From Planctomycetia bacterium (lineage in GTDB: Bacteria; Planctomycetota; UBA8108; UBA1146), in contig JAAXJX010000005.1 of assembly GCA_012269595.1 (NCBI GenBank), positions 143,472-207,471 on the forward strand: a DNA stretch of 64,000 nucleotides, given 5' to 3'. The notes beneath the pieces are model-generated. The model was not told the DNA's origin and made no database searches. It saw only the letters and a list, made by a program, of their open reading frames with translations. How positions within the stretch are numbered: the stretch's first letter is position 1; every line of letters starts with the position of its first letter. A program made the position numbers and the translations under genes. Positions 1 through 9,258 of this stretch are shown in pieces.

Positions 1-225
1 GTGGCCGGGGGAGGCTATACCCGGGAAACCGCAAGGGAAGCCCTCGATTCTGGAAAATGCGATGCGGTCATGTTTGGCCGCGATTTCATCTCCAACCCGG
101 ATCTGCGCAGGCGTCTTCGTGAAGACTTGCCATTGACCCCCTGGGATCGAAAGTCGTTTTATCTTGGAGGAGCGGAAGGTCTCACCGACTGGCCTCTTGC
201 GGAAGAGAAGGAAGAGAAGCGTTGA
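1..225 (+). CDS. NADH:flavin oxidoreductase, Old Yellow Enzyme family; C-terminal fragment with the 5' end outside the window
   Basis: Translation ...CDAVMFGRDFISNPDLRRRLREDLPL...FYLGGAEGLTDWP matches the conserved OYE/NemA C-terminus (aDlVafGR-fiaNPDL, GYtDYP). Confidence 0.7.
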   Translation: MAGGGYTRETAREALDSGKCDAVMFGRDFISNPDLRRRLREDLPLTPWDRKSFYLGGAEGLTDWPLAEEKEEKR

Positions 226-1337
226 CCCTCGAATTTTTTGCTTCCGCCAGTAAAAACACGGAGAGCGCACTCTGCGATGAACTGCGGGAGCTGGGCTTCC
301 AAAGTGTTCGTCTCAATCGGGGTGGGATCCCCTTTCGGGGAGACTGGAGTGAGGGTTGGCGTGCCTGCCTCGAAAGCCGGATCGCCCAGAGAATCATGGT
401 GCTGATGGGGCGTGGCAAGGCGACGAATGCAGACGAGTTGTACCGCGAGGTTCAGGCGGTTGACTGGAGTCTGTATTTGAACGCGGAGAAAACCCTGTCC
501 GTCCAATGTGTGACGGTGGGCAGCCAATTGAATCACAGCGGATTTGTGGCACTTCGTGCCAAGGATGCCATCGTCGATCAGATCCGTGAGCGTTGGGGGG
601 ATCGTCCCTCCATCGATCGGGATGATGCCGATGTCCGCGTCTTCGTGTATCTCGCCAATGACAAACTTAAAATTTACCTCGACCTCTCTGGTCAGCCGTT
701 GCATCTGCGCGGCTATCGGGCGGAATCAGGGGAAGCTCCCCTGAGGGAAAACCTCGCGGCCGCCATGTTGCGAATGTCGGGCTGGGATCGCCAGTCGCCC
801 CTGATCGATCCTATGTGTGGCTCCGGAACCATCGCCATCGAAGCGGCACAATGGGCTCAGGGACTGGCCCCCGGCTTGGCCCGCCCCACCTTCGGATTTC
901 AGCGGTGGGCCAGTTTCGATGAGGACTCTGAGAATCAGCTCCGGTTGATGAAGGGCGAACTCAGAGGGGCTGCGAGGGGGCAGAGGCCTTCGGTGATTGC
1001 ACGAGATGTGGACGGAGAGGTGCTCGATATTGCCCGGGGGAATGCCCGCAAGGCCGGGGTTCGGCTCTCATTCAAGGAGCAGTCCGTCTTCGATCTGCAG
1101 GCGGATGGACCGGTGATGACCCTCGTCAGTAATCCACCCTATGGCAAGCGTCTGGCAGCGACCCCTGATTTCCTCGATCGGATGGGATCCGTGTTTCGAA
1201 AACTACACGGTTGGCGAATTGCCCTGCTGGCCGGCAGTCGCGCGATTGAAGAAGCCATGAAGGTGAAGCCGGCGAACAGGATCCCAATCCCCAATGGGGA
1301 TCTTCCGTGCGATCTCCTGATTTACGAAATCGACTGA
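222..1337 (+). CDS. THUMP-domain class I SAM-dependent RNA methyltransferase (RlmL N-half / YpsC-like)
   Basis: 371-aa ORF. N-terminal THUMP-like region, then DPMCGSGTIAIEAA (SAM motif I) and LVSNPPYGKRL (NPPY motif IV). The TTG start overlaps the upstream TGA stop. Confidence 0.75.
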   Translation: MTLEFFASASKNTESALCDELRELGFQSVRLNRGGIPFRGDWSEGWRACLESRIAQRIMVLMGRGKATNADELYREVQAVDWSLYLNAEKTLSVQCVTVGSQLNHSGFVALRAKDAIVDQIRERWGDRPSIDRDDADVRVFVYLANDKLKIYLDLSGQPLHLRGYRAESGEAPLRENLAAAMLRMSGWDRQSPLIDPMCGSGTIAIEAAQWAQGLAPGLARPTFGFQRWASFDEDSENQLRLMKGELRGAARGQRPSVIARDVDGEVLDIARGNARKAGVRLSFKEQSVFDLQADGPVMTLVSNPPYGKRLAATPDFLDRMGSVFRKLHGWRIALLAGSRAIEEAMKVKPANRIPIPNGDLPCDLLIYEID

Positions 1338-1346
1338 CCGGGTTCT

Positions 1347-2132
1347 TCAGTCCTTCTTCTTCCACTCTGCAAGGGCATCCCGCGCCACTTCGCGAAGGAA
1401 GTTTCGGCCCTTTTCATTGAGTTGCTGCAATCCCGGAATCTCCAGTTTTTTGGGAGCACGGGTGAGGGGGTTCTTTCCGGAGATCGTCGATTCAATGACG
1501 AGCAGGGACAGATACATGCCAGCCACACTGGGGTGTTCCGCATCCCGGGTGTAGAGATTCAGTGCAGGCTGCCGCTCCTTGCAGAGGGCCCAGGCAAATC
1601 CGACCGGAGCGACTTCCACCTTCAGGGATTTGCCCATGCGAAAGTGTGCCTCTGCGATTTCCTTCATCGAGATCCAGTTCAATCTCTGGTAATCCCACGC
1701 CATGAAGAGAATGGGACGGGCACCGGATTCCCGGACCAGGTCGACAAACTTCTTTGAGTAGGTCTGAAAAGATTCGACGGTCGTCTCCGGGATGTCTTCC
1801 TGCAAGATGACCACATCGTACTTTCCCTTGCGGATCTCCTCGGCGGCAGAAGTCCGCTTCCACATCACTTCCAGCGATGCTCCACCCCGGGTGATGGCTT
1901 TGGTTTCGTATCCCAGTTCAGGGGACATCGATTGGGAGAGGATTTTCAGATGTTGATCGAGACCTCCACGCCAGAAAGTGAAGCTGTTGCCGATGAAGAG
2001 CACTTTTTGGGTCTGTACCTTTTCCGGGGCGGGAGTCGCCTCTGGTTTTTGGGGTGGATTTTTTTCCACCTGGGCAACAGCAGCGGTGCTTGAGCCGAGG
2101 ATCATCAAAAAGAGAAGGGCTGCGAGCCGCAT
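1347..2132 (-). CDS. Secreted SGNH/GDSL-like hydrolase (GNS variant)
   Basis: The ORF runs to 2375, but the ATG at 2132 gives MRLAALLFLMILGSSTAAVAQ, a good signal peptide. Block I is VLFIGNSFT and block V is DAEHP (DxxH). Confidence 0.6.
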   Translation of the reverse strand: MRLAALLFLMILGSSTAAVAQVEKNPPQKPEATPAPEKVQTQKVLFIGNSFTFWRGGLDQHLKILSQSMSPELGYETKAITRGGASLEVMWKRTSAAEEIRKGKYDVVILQEDIPETTVESFQTYSKKFVDLVRESGARPILFMAWDYQRLNWISMKEIAEAHFRMGKSLKVEVAPVGFAWALCKERQPALNLYTRDAEHPSVAGMYLSLLVIESTISGKNPLTRAPKKLEIPGLQQLNEKGRNFLREVARDALAEWKKKD

Positions 2133-2368
2133 TGGGGTTTCGACAGCCTGATTCTGTGAATGGCAGAAAAATCTCATGAATGGCTCCCTGGTTGTCTTTG
2201 AAGCAGAAAAGTAGACCTGAGGGACGTAATTTAAGGGCGAATTCGCGGATTCACGACCCCGAAGATCAGGCAATTTGTCGACAGCGACAGATAATGGACA
2301 CAGGTATCCTGAAGAAGGCAGCCTGACAGCCTGAAGAACACAGACAGTGCCACATTTCGGAGGACGAC

Positions 2369-2890
2369 ATGCCAAAGATTCATAATCTTGAGAGATCCCT
2401 CACTTTGCCGACTGATCTCGATACAGCCTGGGAGTTCATCAGTACTCCAAGAAACCTCGATGCCATCACACCGGATGACATGTCGTTTTCGATTCTGACC
2501 GATGTCCCGGAGGTGATGTACGACGGTCTTTTAATTGAGTATCGGGTCGGAATTCCACTGATCGGGTCCCAAAGATGGTTGACGGAGATCAAGCACATCA
2601 AGGATCGGCATTCCTTTGTGGACGAGCAGCGGATTGGTCCTTACAGCCTCTGGTATCACTACCATGAAATCAAAGAGGTTGAGGGGGGAGTTCATTTCTT
2701 CGACAGGGTGACCTATACCTTGCCTTTCGGCCCTCTCGGATCGTTGGCCCATGCCGTCTACGTCAAATCAGAGTTGGCTAGGATCTTTGATTACAGGAAA
2801 GAAGCGATGACCAGGATCTTCTCCGGAGATTCGATGAAAAGCGGAGTCTCTGCTGAGGCGGTTCAGGAGTCCGGTTCTTCCGGCTCATGA
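2369..2890 (+). CDS. SRPBCC-superfamily protein (COG4276-like)
   Basis: 173-aa ORF with GGAGGA 5 nt upstream of the ATG. Motifs WLTEIKHI...FVDEQRIGPYSLWYHYHEI resemble the SRPBCC/cyclase-dehydrase family. Confidence 0.55.
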   Translation: MPKIHNLERSLTLPTDLDTAWEFISTPRNLDAITPDDMSFSILTDVPEVMYDGLLIEYRVGIPLIGSQRWLTEIKHIKDRHSFVDEQRIGPYSLWYHYHEIKEVEGGVHFFDRVTYTLPFGPLGSLAHAVYVKSELARIFDYRKEAMTRIFSGDSMKSGVSAEAVQESGSSGS

Positions 2891-2898
2891 TCGCTGTC

Positions 2899-2941
2899 AA
2901 AAAAAAGGCCCCGTCGGTTTTCACCGACGGGGCCTTTTTTT
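2899..2941. terminator. Bidirectional rho-independent terminator
   Basis: A8 - GGCCCCGTCGG - 6-nt loop - CCGACGGGGCC - T7, lying between the convergent stops at 2890 (+) and 2956 (-). Confidence 0.85.
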
Positions 2942-2955
2942 GTGTGGGTTTGCCC

Positions 2956-4779
2956 CTAGATTTCGAGATCAAAGTTCAGGTGGAACCCCGCTTCGTCCAT
3001 GCGGAAGTTCTGGTTGTAGTACTGGAAGAACTCTTCGACGCTGAAGATGTTCGGCTGGTCCTGCTCCGGGTCCGGACCGATTTCGGTGAAGGGGGCTGCC
3101 GGAGCTGCGCCTCCACTGAAGAGGTAACTCAGGGTGTAGATCACGTCTCCAATGTCATGATTGCCGTCTGCGTTGGCGTCCGCAGCATTTGCGGGAACCG
3201 ATTCGGGTCCGCTGCTGAAGAGTTTGGACAGGCTGGCGATGGCGTCAGCGACATTGATCTCCTGATCACGGGTGAAATCACCCCTGCGGAACCAGTCCCA
3301 GGGGAAGGGAACTGGAACGAGCCCGGGACAAATCTGCCTTTTGACCGTATCGGGGGTGACGTCCACGATTTCGTGGGCGTTGACCAGAGTGACATTCACA
3401 CTCTCCCAGTCCGTATCTCTCATCGGATCCTGGGGAGTTGACCGGTCGATGTTCAGTGAAAGAACAGGGCAACCGGGAAGGGTTCCGTCATCTTTGGTTC
3501 TGACCAGATATTCGTCCGCCGGACCCTGGCACCACGTCGTCGTAACTCCGCTGGCGTAAAGGGTACCGTCGTACAACTCGTGAACATCCGTGAGGATCTC
3601 AACGTTGTTCGAACCGTATCCGTAGAAGAAGACAATGTTGCCATTGGGTTCGACACGCAGAACCGCACCATCGCGATCAAAGGCGCCGCGACCGGCAAGA
3701 ATGAACTCGCCATTATTGGTTTCCCGGATATCCCCATGGGAAATGAATCCGTGGTAGCGATCCTGCTGAAGGAGAATCAGTGAAGCGGGAGTCAAAGTGA
3801 AGATCTGCGTTGAGAGCGGGGCACCGGTCGCTTCCTTGACGTGGCTGACCACTTTTACCAGGCCATTTGAGGCCAGCTCGATTCCGCGACCCTTGGAGTC
3901 GGCGAAGGTGGGGCCGTAGATTCCACTTTTGAGGACATTGCCACCGGGGTCTGTGCGCACGACGAGAGTTTCTGCGGAACCGGGGACGCCAACCTGACGG
4001 GTTCCACCTGTGATCAGGTAACCGTCGGGGACAAACTCCCCGGTTTGGGGGTCCTCCATGGCAGGAATGGCAACGATATCGTCAAAGCCGGCCATGGAGC
4101 CGATACCGAAGCCGTTTGTGAGATAACGGAGGTCGTGATAGAGACGCATGTAGTTGAGATTCAGGTTGGGCTGGGTATTCAGGATGAAGGGTACGACTCC
4201 AATGTTTCCAGCAAACCGGAGTGATCCGACGACCACCAGATTCCCCTGGTGGTCCTGAATGATCTTGTTTCCGACTCCGGTAACGGGGGTGAGGTTCGCC
4301 CCTGCTATCGGCAGGTTTCCACCATAGGTTCTGGTTGCGAGAACATGGCCGTTGGTATCGGTGGTGATCACAAAAATGGGATCAGGAGTGGCTGTCTGAA
4401 TGTTGATTCCTGTAATGGCATAGCCGATCGAGCCTCCGGCGTCATCCACGACCTCGGTAACAGAAATCGGAAACTGATTGATGGATGGAAACTGACCGAT
4501 TTTTCGAGACCAGATGACGTTGCTGTCCTCGTCGACTTTGGACAGATAGATTTTGATCCCGAGTCCTGCATTGGTGACGTTGAAGTTCATGATGGGTGAA
4601 ACCGTGACGTAGTTGCCGTCGGTGGTGGGGATCATTTCCATCGACAACTCAAAGTTGTTCGTTCCAAAATTGGCCATATGTTCCTGGGCTGCAACTGGGC
4701 TGAAGGTCAACAGACCCACGAGCATGAGACTGAACAACTGTGCGGCGAGCACTTTGGGTTTGGGAGTGAGGGAGGACAT
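2956..4779 (-). CDS. Secreted repeat (beta-propeller-like) protein with a C-terminal dockerin-like module
   Basis: 607 aa. Signal peptide LFSLMLVGLLTFSPVAAQE. Recurrent blade-like motif (GYAITG...IFVITTDTNGHVLATRTYGG; GYLITGG...LVVRTDPGGNVLKSGIYG; ILAGRG...VLRVEPNGNIVFFYGYG). Dockerin-like module near the C-terminus. Confidence 0.6.
   Translation of the reverse strand: MSSLTPKPKVLAAQLFSLMLVGLLTFSPVAAQEHMANFGTNNFELSMEMIPTTDGNYVTVSPIMNFNVTNAGLGIKIYLSKVDEDSNVIWSRKIGQFPSINQFPISVTEVVDDAGGSIGYAITGINIQTATPDPIFVITTDTNGHVLATRTYGGNLPIAGANLTPVTGVGNKIIQDHQGNLVVVGSLRFAGNIGVVPFILNTQPNLNLNYMRLYHDLRYLTNGFGIGSMAGFDDIVAIPAMEDPQTGEFVPDGYLITGGTRQVGVPGSAETLVVRTDPGGNVLKSGIYGPTFADSKGRGIELASNGLVKVVSHVKEATGAPLSTQIFTLTPASLILLQQDRYHGFISHGDIRETNNGEFILAGRGAFDRDGAVLRVEPNGNIVFFYGYGSNNVEILTDVHELYDGTLYASGVTTTWCQGPADEYLVRTKDDGTLPGCPVLSLNIDRSTPQDPMRDTDWESVNVTLVNAHEIVDVTPDTVKRQICPGLVPVPFPWDWFRRGDFTRDQEINVADAIASLSKLFSSGPESVPANAADANADGNHDIGDVIYTLSYLFSGGAAPAAPFTEIGPDPEQDQPNIFSVEEFFQYYNQNFRMDEAGFHLNFDLEI
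3091..3291 (-). other. Dockerin-like duplicated EF-hand module (first loop degenerate)
   Basis: FRRGDFTRDQEINVADAIASLSKLFSSG...ADANADGNHDIGDVIYTLSYLFSGGAAP. Confidence 0.65.
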
Positions 4780-5013
4780 GGGACCTCTTTCCGAAAATGA
4801 CTTCGGGTAACTCGGCCCGATTACCGCCTGAAGAATCCTCAGGAAGGTTCAATCCGGGGATCAGGTTGGGAAGGACAAAAAATCCTGAACCCCTCTTAAA
4901 TGCGGCTTATTGGCCAATTGACGCTTCCATTTGACAAGAAATTCATGATTTGATTACCGTATGGGCGTTCGGGCACGGTCGCCGCGGTGTCCCGGGCAGG
5001 GATCGAGGGAATC

Positions 5014-5199
5014 ATGGGGAACTGGACGAACTCCGTAATCTGCGGACTCATCGGTGCAGTGGTGGGATGTGTGGCCTACTTCCTGGTCAACAAAGTGGTG
5101 GCAGACATGGATCTGTTCACTGCGGTCGGAATCGCCTCCTTCTTTGGAGCGTTCTTCTCGAACGTCTTCACTGCCAACAAGGAGCAGATTCCCGCCTGA
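5014..5199 (+). CDS. Small two-TM membrane protein
   Basis: GAGGGA precedes the ATG at 5014. MGNWTNSVICGLIGAVVGCVAYFLV...AVGIASFFGAFFSNVF gives two hydrophobic helices. A terminator follows. Confidence 0.45.
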   Translation: MGNWTNSVICGLIGAVVGCVAYFLVNKVVADMDLFTAVGIASFFGAFFSNVFTANKEQIPA

Positions 5200-5223
5200 T
5201 CAGGTTGGATCTGTTGAAGTTGG

Positions 5224-5257
5224 AAGCCCCTCCGGAAATCCGGGGGGGCTTTTTTTG
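5224..5257 (+). terminator. Rho-independent terminator
   Basis: AAGCCCCTCCGG-AAAT-CCGGGGGGGCTT hairpin followed by a T-run. Confidence 0.75.
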
Positions 5258-5378
5258 TTGGCCAGTCAAAGATTTACAGATGAATCAGCCCCGTGAGTGT
5301 CCCTCAATCGGCGCGAGGGATAAACTGCTCCTGAAACAATACGACCTCGGTTAACTGCTTACTCGGGCGGGATGAAAG

Positions 5379-7592
5379 ATGGTCCTGATCATGATGACGA
5401 CACTGTATGCAATGGGACTCGATGGCGAAGCGGGTGGCGATCCCCAAACCGGTGGTTGGAGATTGAGGGACAGTCCGAGTGCCTATTTGAGAGAACATGC
5501 CGAAAATCCGGTGGAGTGGTGGACTTGGGGCGATGAGGCCTTTGAGGCCGCCCGCGATCTCGATCGCCCGGTGTTTTTGTCGATCGGATATTCCAGCTGC
5601 CACTGGTGTCATGTGATGCGCCGGGAGTCTTTTTCCGATCCTGCGATTGCCGCTTTTCTGAATGCACATTTCATTTCCATCAAGGTGGATCGTGAAGATC
5701 AACCCCATGTGGACGAGGTTTACATGGACGCGGTGAGAGCGATGACGGGTGGAGGGGGGTGGCCACTCTCTGCATTCCTGTTGCCGGATGGAAAGCCATT
5801 TTATGGAGGAACCTATTTTCCACCGCGTCAGCGCTTTAATCGGCCGGGTTTCCTGGAGCTGATCTCTTCGATTGAGAAAGCCTGGCGTGAAGACCGCGCC
5901 CGCATGCAGGAGAGTGCAGAGGGACTGATCGAACACCTTGAGGGCCGGGAAAACAGGGTTCATGAAGGTCAGACCCTGGACTTATTCCTCTCAGGAGGGG
6001 TCCAGACCGCCTCAGCTACCTACACCGCCAACCCCGCCGGTTTCGGACAGGCTCCGAGGTTTCCTGCACCGAGATTTCTGGAGTTTCTTGCCGGTGAAGG
6101 TTTGTCCACGCAGGACATACCCACCGTCAATCGCTCTCTGGCAGTGCTTCGGGAAATGGGGCGTGGAGGAATTCTTGACCAGGTAGGTGGCGGATTCCAT
6201 CGATACAGTGTGGATGCTGCATGGCAGGTCCCTCACTTCGAAAAGATGCTCTACAACCAGGGCTCATTGGCAGAAAGTTATCTTGAAGTGGGTCGAATGA
6301 CCGGTGAAAGCGACTTGCTGGAGACTGGAAAAAATGTACTCGATGCAATGTTGAAACAATTCCAACTGGAAGATGGCAGCTTTGCCAGTTCCTGGGATGC
6401 CGACTCCGGTGGGGTGGAAGGATCCTATTACGTCTGGACCCCTGATCAGGTGAATGAGTTGTTACCTGAGGGTGTTGCAAAGAACGTCTGCGAATATCTG
6501 GGGATTTCTGAAGACGGAAATTTTGAAGAACTGGAGGCCAGTGTTCCCAGGCAGGCGGTGACCTATGAAGCCCTCTCACAGTCCTCTGGTTTATCGGTGG
6601 GTGAGTTGCGGAAACAAGTCGAGGATGGAATTGCCCAACTCCTTGAAGCAAGAGAATCACGGGTTGCACCAAAACGGGATGACAAGGTTATTCTTGGCTG
6701 GAATGCGCTTTCGATTTCAGGGCTTGCCCGAGGCGCAGCGATTCTGGGAGAAACCCGGTTTGCGGATGAGGCCAGGAGAGCCCACTCTGCGGTGGCCGCA
6801 GCGATGGTCACAAAAGACGGCTTTCTCCGGCGAGTCGATCACTTTGTCGAATCAGATGGAAGCCACAGCAGAATCGCAGGAAACGCGGCCACCCTTCAGG
6901 ATGCTGCGCTCTGGGTGAAATGCTGCCTTGATTTGTACGAAGCGACCTTCGATTCCCAATTCCTTCAATCAGCAGAGGAGGCGGTGAATCTTGTTCAACA
7001 AGAGTTTGGTCTCCTCGAAGAAGGTCATGGATTCTATGAAGCCCCCAACAGTATCCAACTCGTGGTCGATCGACGTCGTGACTACTTTGATGGGGCATTG
7101 CCCTCCGGGAATGCGACGATGGCGCGCAATCTTTTGCGTATGTATGAACTCACCGGAAATGCGGACCATGAAGAAACGGCCCTCCATTTGGTGACAGCCT
7201 CGTTGGAGCGAGTGGGTCCCTACCCAATGGGTGCGGCAGAGTTGTTGCTGGCCGTTCAATCTGTTTCCAGGGGGACACCGGTGGTGGCTATCGTAGGAGA
7301 TCCCGACTTGGCAGAAACCCGGGAGATGATCCGCGCTGCCCGCAATTGTCGGGTACCCCAAGTGGTGATCGCCTTCCGATCCGACATGAATGGCGATTCG
7401 GATAGCGGAGTCGTTCCGGTGTTGAAGGGGAGAAATTCGAAGGAAGGCAAACCGCTGGCATATTTGTGCATCGATCAGGTCTGCGAAGTTCCTTTTGAAA
7501 ATGTGGGGGAATTGACCCTGCGACTCTCCGAATTGGAAAAACGCTCAGGGTCCCAGTCGGCACAATCCAGCGGGAAAGAGTCTGGCGAATGA
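5379..7592 (+). CDS. Thioredoxin-domain protein, YyaL/DUF255 family (N-acylglucosamine 2-epimerase-like fold)
   Basis: SAYLREHAENPVEWWTWGDEAFEAARDLDRPVFLSIGYSSCHWCHVMRRESF...ISIKVDREDQPHVDEVYM is the family signature with the CxxC. The start could also be one of the ATGs at 5391-5412. Confidence 0.85.
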   Translation: MVLIMMTTLYAMGLDGEAGGDPQTGGWRLRDSPSAYLREHAENPVEWWTWGDEAFEAARDLDRPVFLSIGYSSCHWCHVMRRESFSDPAIAAFLNAHFISIKVDREDQPHVDEVYMDAVRAMTGGGGWPLSAFLLPDGKPFYGGTYFPPRQRFNRPGFLELISSIEKAWREDRARMQESAEGLIEHLEGRENRVHEGQTLDLFLSGGVQTASATYTANPAGFGQAPRFPAPRFLEFLAGEGLSTQDIPTVNRSLAVLREMGRGGILDQVGGGFHRYSVDAAWQVPHFEKMLYNQGSLAESYLEVGRMTGESDLLETGKNVLDAMLKQFQLEDGSFASSWDADSGGVEGSYYVWTPDQVNELLPEGVAKNVCEYLGISEDGNFEELEASVPRQAVTYEALSQSSGLSVGELRKQVEDGIAQLLEARESRVAPKRDDKVILGWNALSISGLARGAAILGETRFADEARRAHSAVAAAMVTKDGFLRRVDHFVESDGSHSRIAGNAATLQDAALWVKCCLDLYEATFDSQFLQSAEEAVNLVQQEFGLLEEGHGFYEAPNSIQLVVDRRRDYFDGALPSGNATMARNLLRMYELTGNADHEETALHLVTASLERVGPYPMGAAELLLAVQSVSRGTPVVAIVGDPDLAETREMIRAARNCRVPQVVIAFRSDMNGDSDSGVVPVLKGRNSKEGKPLAYLCIDQVCEVPFENVGELTLRLSELEKRSGSQSAQSSGKESGE

Positions 7593-8074
7593 GTGAGGCT
7601 CAGGGTCAAGGACGACACAAGGCGAGTGTCCGCATTGTCGTCGATGCGGACGGTTGTCCCGTGAAGGACGAAGTTGCGAAAGTGGCCAAGAGGCTGGATC
7701 TGCCGGTGATTTTTGTTGCCAATCGATCGATGCGCATCCCTCAAGGGAAGGGATTTCGATTGGAAGTGGTTCCTGAGTTGTTTGACGCCGCTGACGACTG
7801 GATCGCTGAAAACTGTGATTCCCGAACAGTGGTTGTTTGCTGTGATATTCCCCTTGCCTCCCGTTGTGTTGCGGCAGGAGCAAACGTCGTTGATCCACGG
7901 GGGCGAATTCTGGATGAGGAATCGGTGGGGGAGGCGTTGGCCCGAAGGGATCTCTCGACCCACCTCCGGGACCTGGGATTACCCACAAAAGGGCCGGCCC
8001 CGTTTACTCCGCGGGATCGTTCCAGTTTTCTGCAGGCGATGGATCGGGTCTTGCAGCCCTTGCTTCGCGATTAG
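7589..8074 (+). CDS. YaiI/YqxD family protein (DUF188, UPF0178)
   Basis: IVVDADGCPVKDEV...VIFVAN...DAADDWIAENCDSRTVVVCCDIPLASRCV. ATGA overlap with the upstream stop. Confidence 0.75.
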   Translation: MSEAQGQGRHKASVRIVVDADGCPVKDEVAKVAKRLDLPVIFVANRSMRIPQGKGFRLEVVPELFDAADDWIAENCDSRTVVVCCDIPLASRCVAAGANVVDPRGRILDEESVGEALARRDLSTHLRDLGLPTKGPAPFTPRDRSSFLQAMDRVLQPLLRD

Positions 8075-9093
8075 CAACCCTGGTGAGGGATCAGGCACTC
8101 CAGTGGGTCCGTGGTGGTGTCTTCTCCACAGGTGCTGTGAGGATCGGCAGGAGGAGCTCCTCCTGTAAACAGATATCCCAGTAACAGAACCGCATCCGCA
8201 ATATCGACCACTCCATTGTCGTCAATATCACTGCTGTCCATACAGCCCGGCTCTGCGCCACCGGTAAAGAGGTATCCCAGCATGTTGATGGAATCGCTGA
8301 GATCGATGGCGCCGTCACCGCCGACGTCTCCGCGTCTGAACGGAGTTCCTGACAGGTCTGGATATACCAGTTCACAGGAAACAAAGGACAGTGAAAACTC
8401 AACACTGAATGCATCGAGAACACCGTCTCCATCGAGATCCGTGTCGACCACGATTCCCACAAACTCGAGTACCTGGGTCATGGTGTCGTAGTTGAAAGGA
8501 AAACCGTCAAAAGGAAATGGGGCGGGGATGGCATCGAACAGTTCTGCGGGAATCGCAGTGGGAATCCCTGGTGTGACCGCCGCAGATCCACCCGGTTCGA
8601 TGGTCAGATCCAGGGTGACTCCCGGAAGGGAGATTCCACCCGGTCCCTGAAGATCTGCAGGGCCTGCGCTCAGTTCTCCACCGACGATGGAGCCAGATTC
8701 AAAGAGGACCAATGGTTGTCCATTGTCATCGACACTTTCGGGAGTGACTTCAAACAGATTGTTGCCACTGAAGTTGTTGGTTTCATCTCCGTCGACGTCC
8801 ACCCCGAGAACGGAGGCCACAGAGATGGCGTCATCGTTCTGCATCTGAGGGTCATCCAGCTCGCGGATCTCAAGGAGATTGAATTGGGGACTGGCCCCAA
8901 TCTGGCTCTGGAGTATGGGGTCAAGAAGTGCGGAGGCGGGCTCCAGTGCTCCCCCTGTGATACTGATTCCCGAGTTCACAAACGCGTCCTCGATCGGCTC
9001 ACCGGAATGAACCACCGGAAAAACACAGAGGAGCAGGAGAAGGCAAGAAAATGCAGAGGGCAGTTTGTTGCGCACGGGGTTTCCAATCTTCAA
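8071..9093 (-). CDS. Secreted protein of unknown function with a C-terminal dockerin-like module and Cys tail
   Basis: The ORF is open to the ATG at 9228. That start puts about 50 non-signal residues before the signal peptide and leaves only 30 bp to the divergent gene. TTG 9093 (MKIGNPVRNKLPSAFSCLLLLLCVFPVVHSG) or GTG 9075 gives a proper signal peptide. Start uncertain. Confidence 0.6.
   Translation of the reverse strand: MKIGNPVRNKLPSAFSCLLLLLCVFPVVHSGEPIEDAFVNSGISITGGALEPASALLDPILQSQIGASPQFNLLEIRELDDPQMQNDDAISVASVLGVDVDGDETNNFSGNNLFEVTPESVDDNGQPLVLFESGSIVGGELSAGPADLQGPGGISLPGVTLDLTIEPGGSAAVTPGIPTAIPAELFDAIPAPFPFDGFPFNYDTMTQVLEFVGIVVDTDLDGDGVLDAFSVEFSLSFVSCELVYPDLSGTPFRRGDVGGDGAIDLSDSINMLGYLFTGGAEPGCMDSSDIDDNGVVDIADAVLLLGYLFTGGAPPADPHSTCGEDTTTDPLECLIPHQGC
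8074..8340 (-). other. Dockerin-like duplicated EF-hand module plus Cys tail
   Basis: FRRGDVGGDGAIDLSDSINMLGYLFTGGAEPGCMDSSDIDDNGVVDIADAVLLLGYLFTGGAPPADPHSTCGEDTTTDPLECLIPHQGC-stop. Confidence 0.75.
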
Positions 9094-9258
9094 TTTCGGA
9101 GATCTGGCAAAGTGCCCAAATGTCGTGAAAGAAGGACTTACAGACCAACTACCAGAATAGCGTTGGGAAGAGGCAGGGGATACCCCCGGGGTCGAGTTGG
9201 CGATATCAGCGGATATGATAGAGAACACAGCGGAAGTTTTTTCCGGGAGGAGAATCCT

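Noticed and set aside
1347-2375. Full 342-aa version of the SGNH-like ORF
   Set aside because: The first 81 codons precede a clear signal peptide and would overlap the divergent SRPBCC gene start at 2369. The ATG at 2132 is preferred.
4932-4966. Sigma-70-like promoter (TTGACA at 4932) upstream of the small membrane protein gene
   Set aside because: No convincing -10 hexamer lies at 16-18 nt spacing (TTACCG). This is too weak to call from sequence alone.
5304-5963. 219-aa minus-strand ORF overlapping the YyaL gene start
   Set aside because: It is antisense to the strongly conserved thioredoxin-like N-terminus (CHWCH) and has no features of its own.
8716-9258. N-terminal 181-codon extension of the acylase ORF (track start 8716)
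   Set aside because: The extension lies antisense to the dockerin-tagged gene at 8071-9093 and has no signal or domain features. The GTG at 9259 has a strong SD and yields a proper signal peptide.
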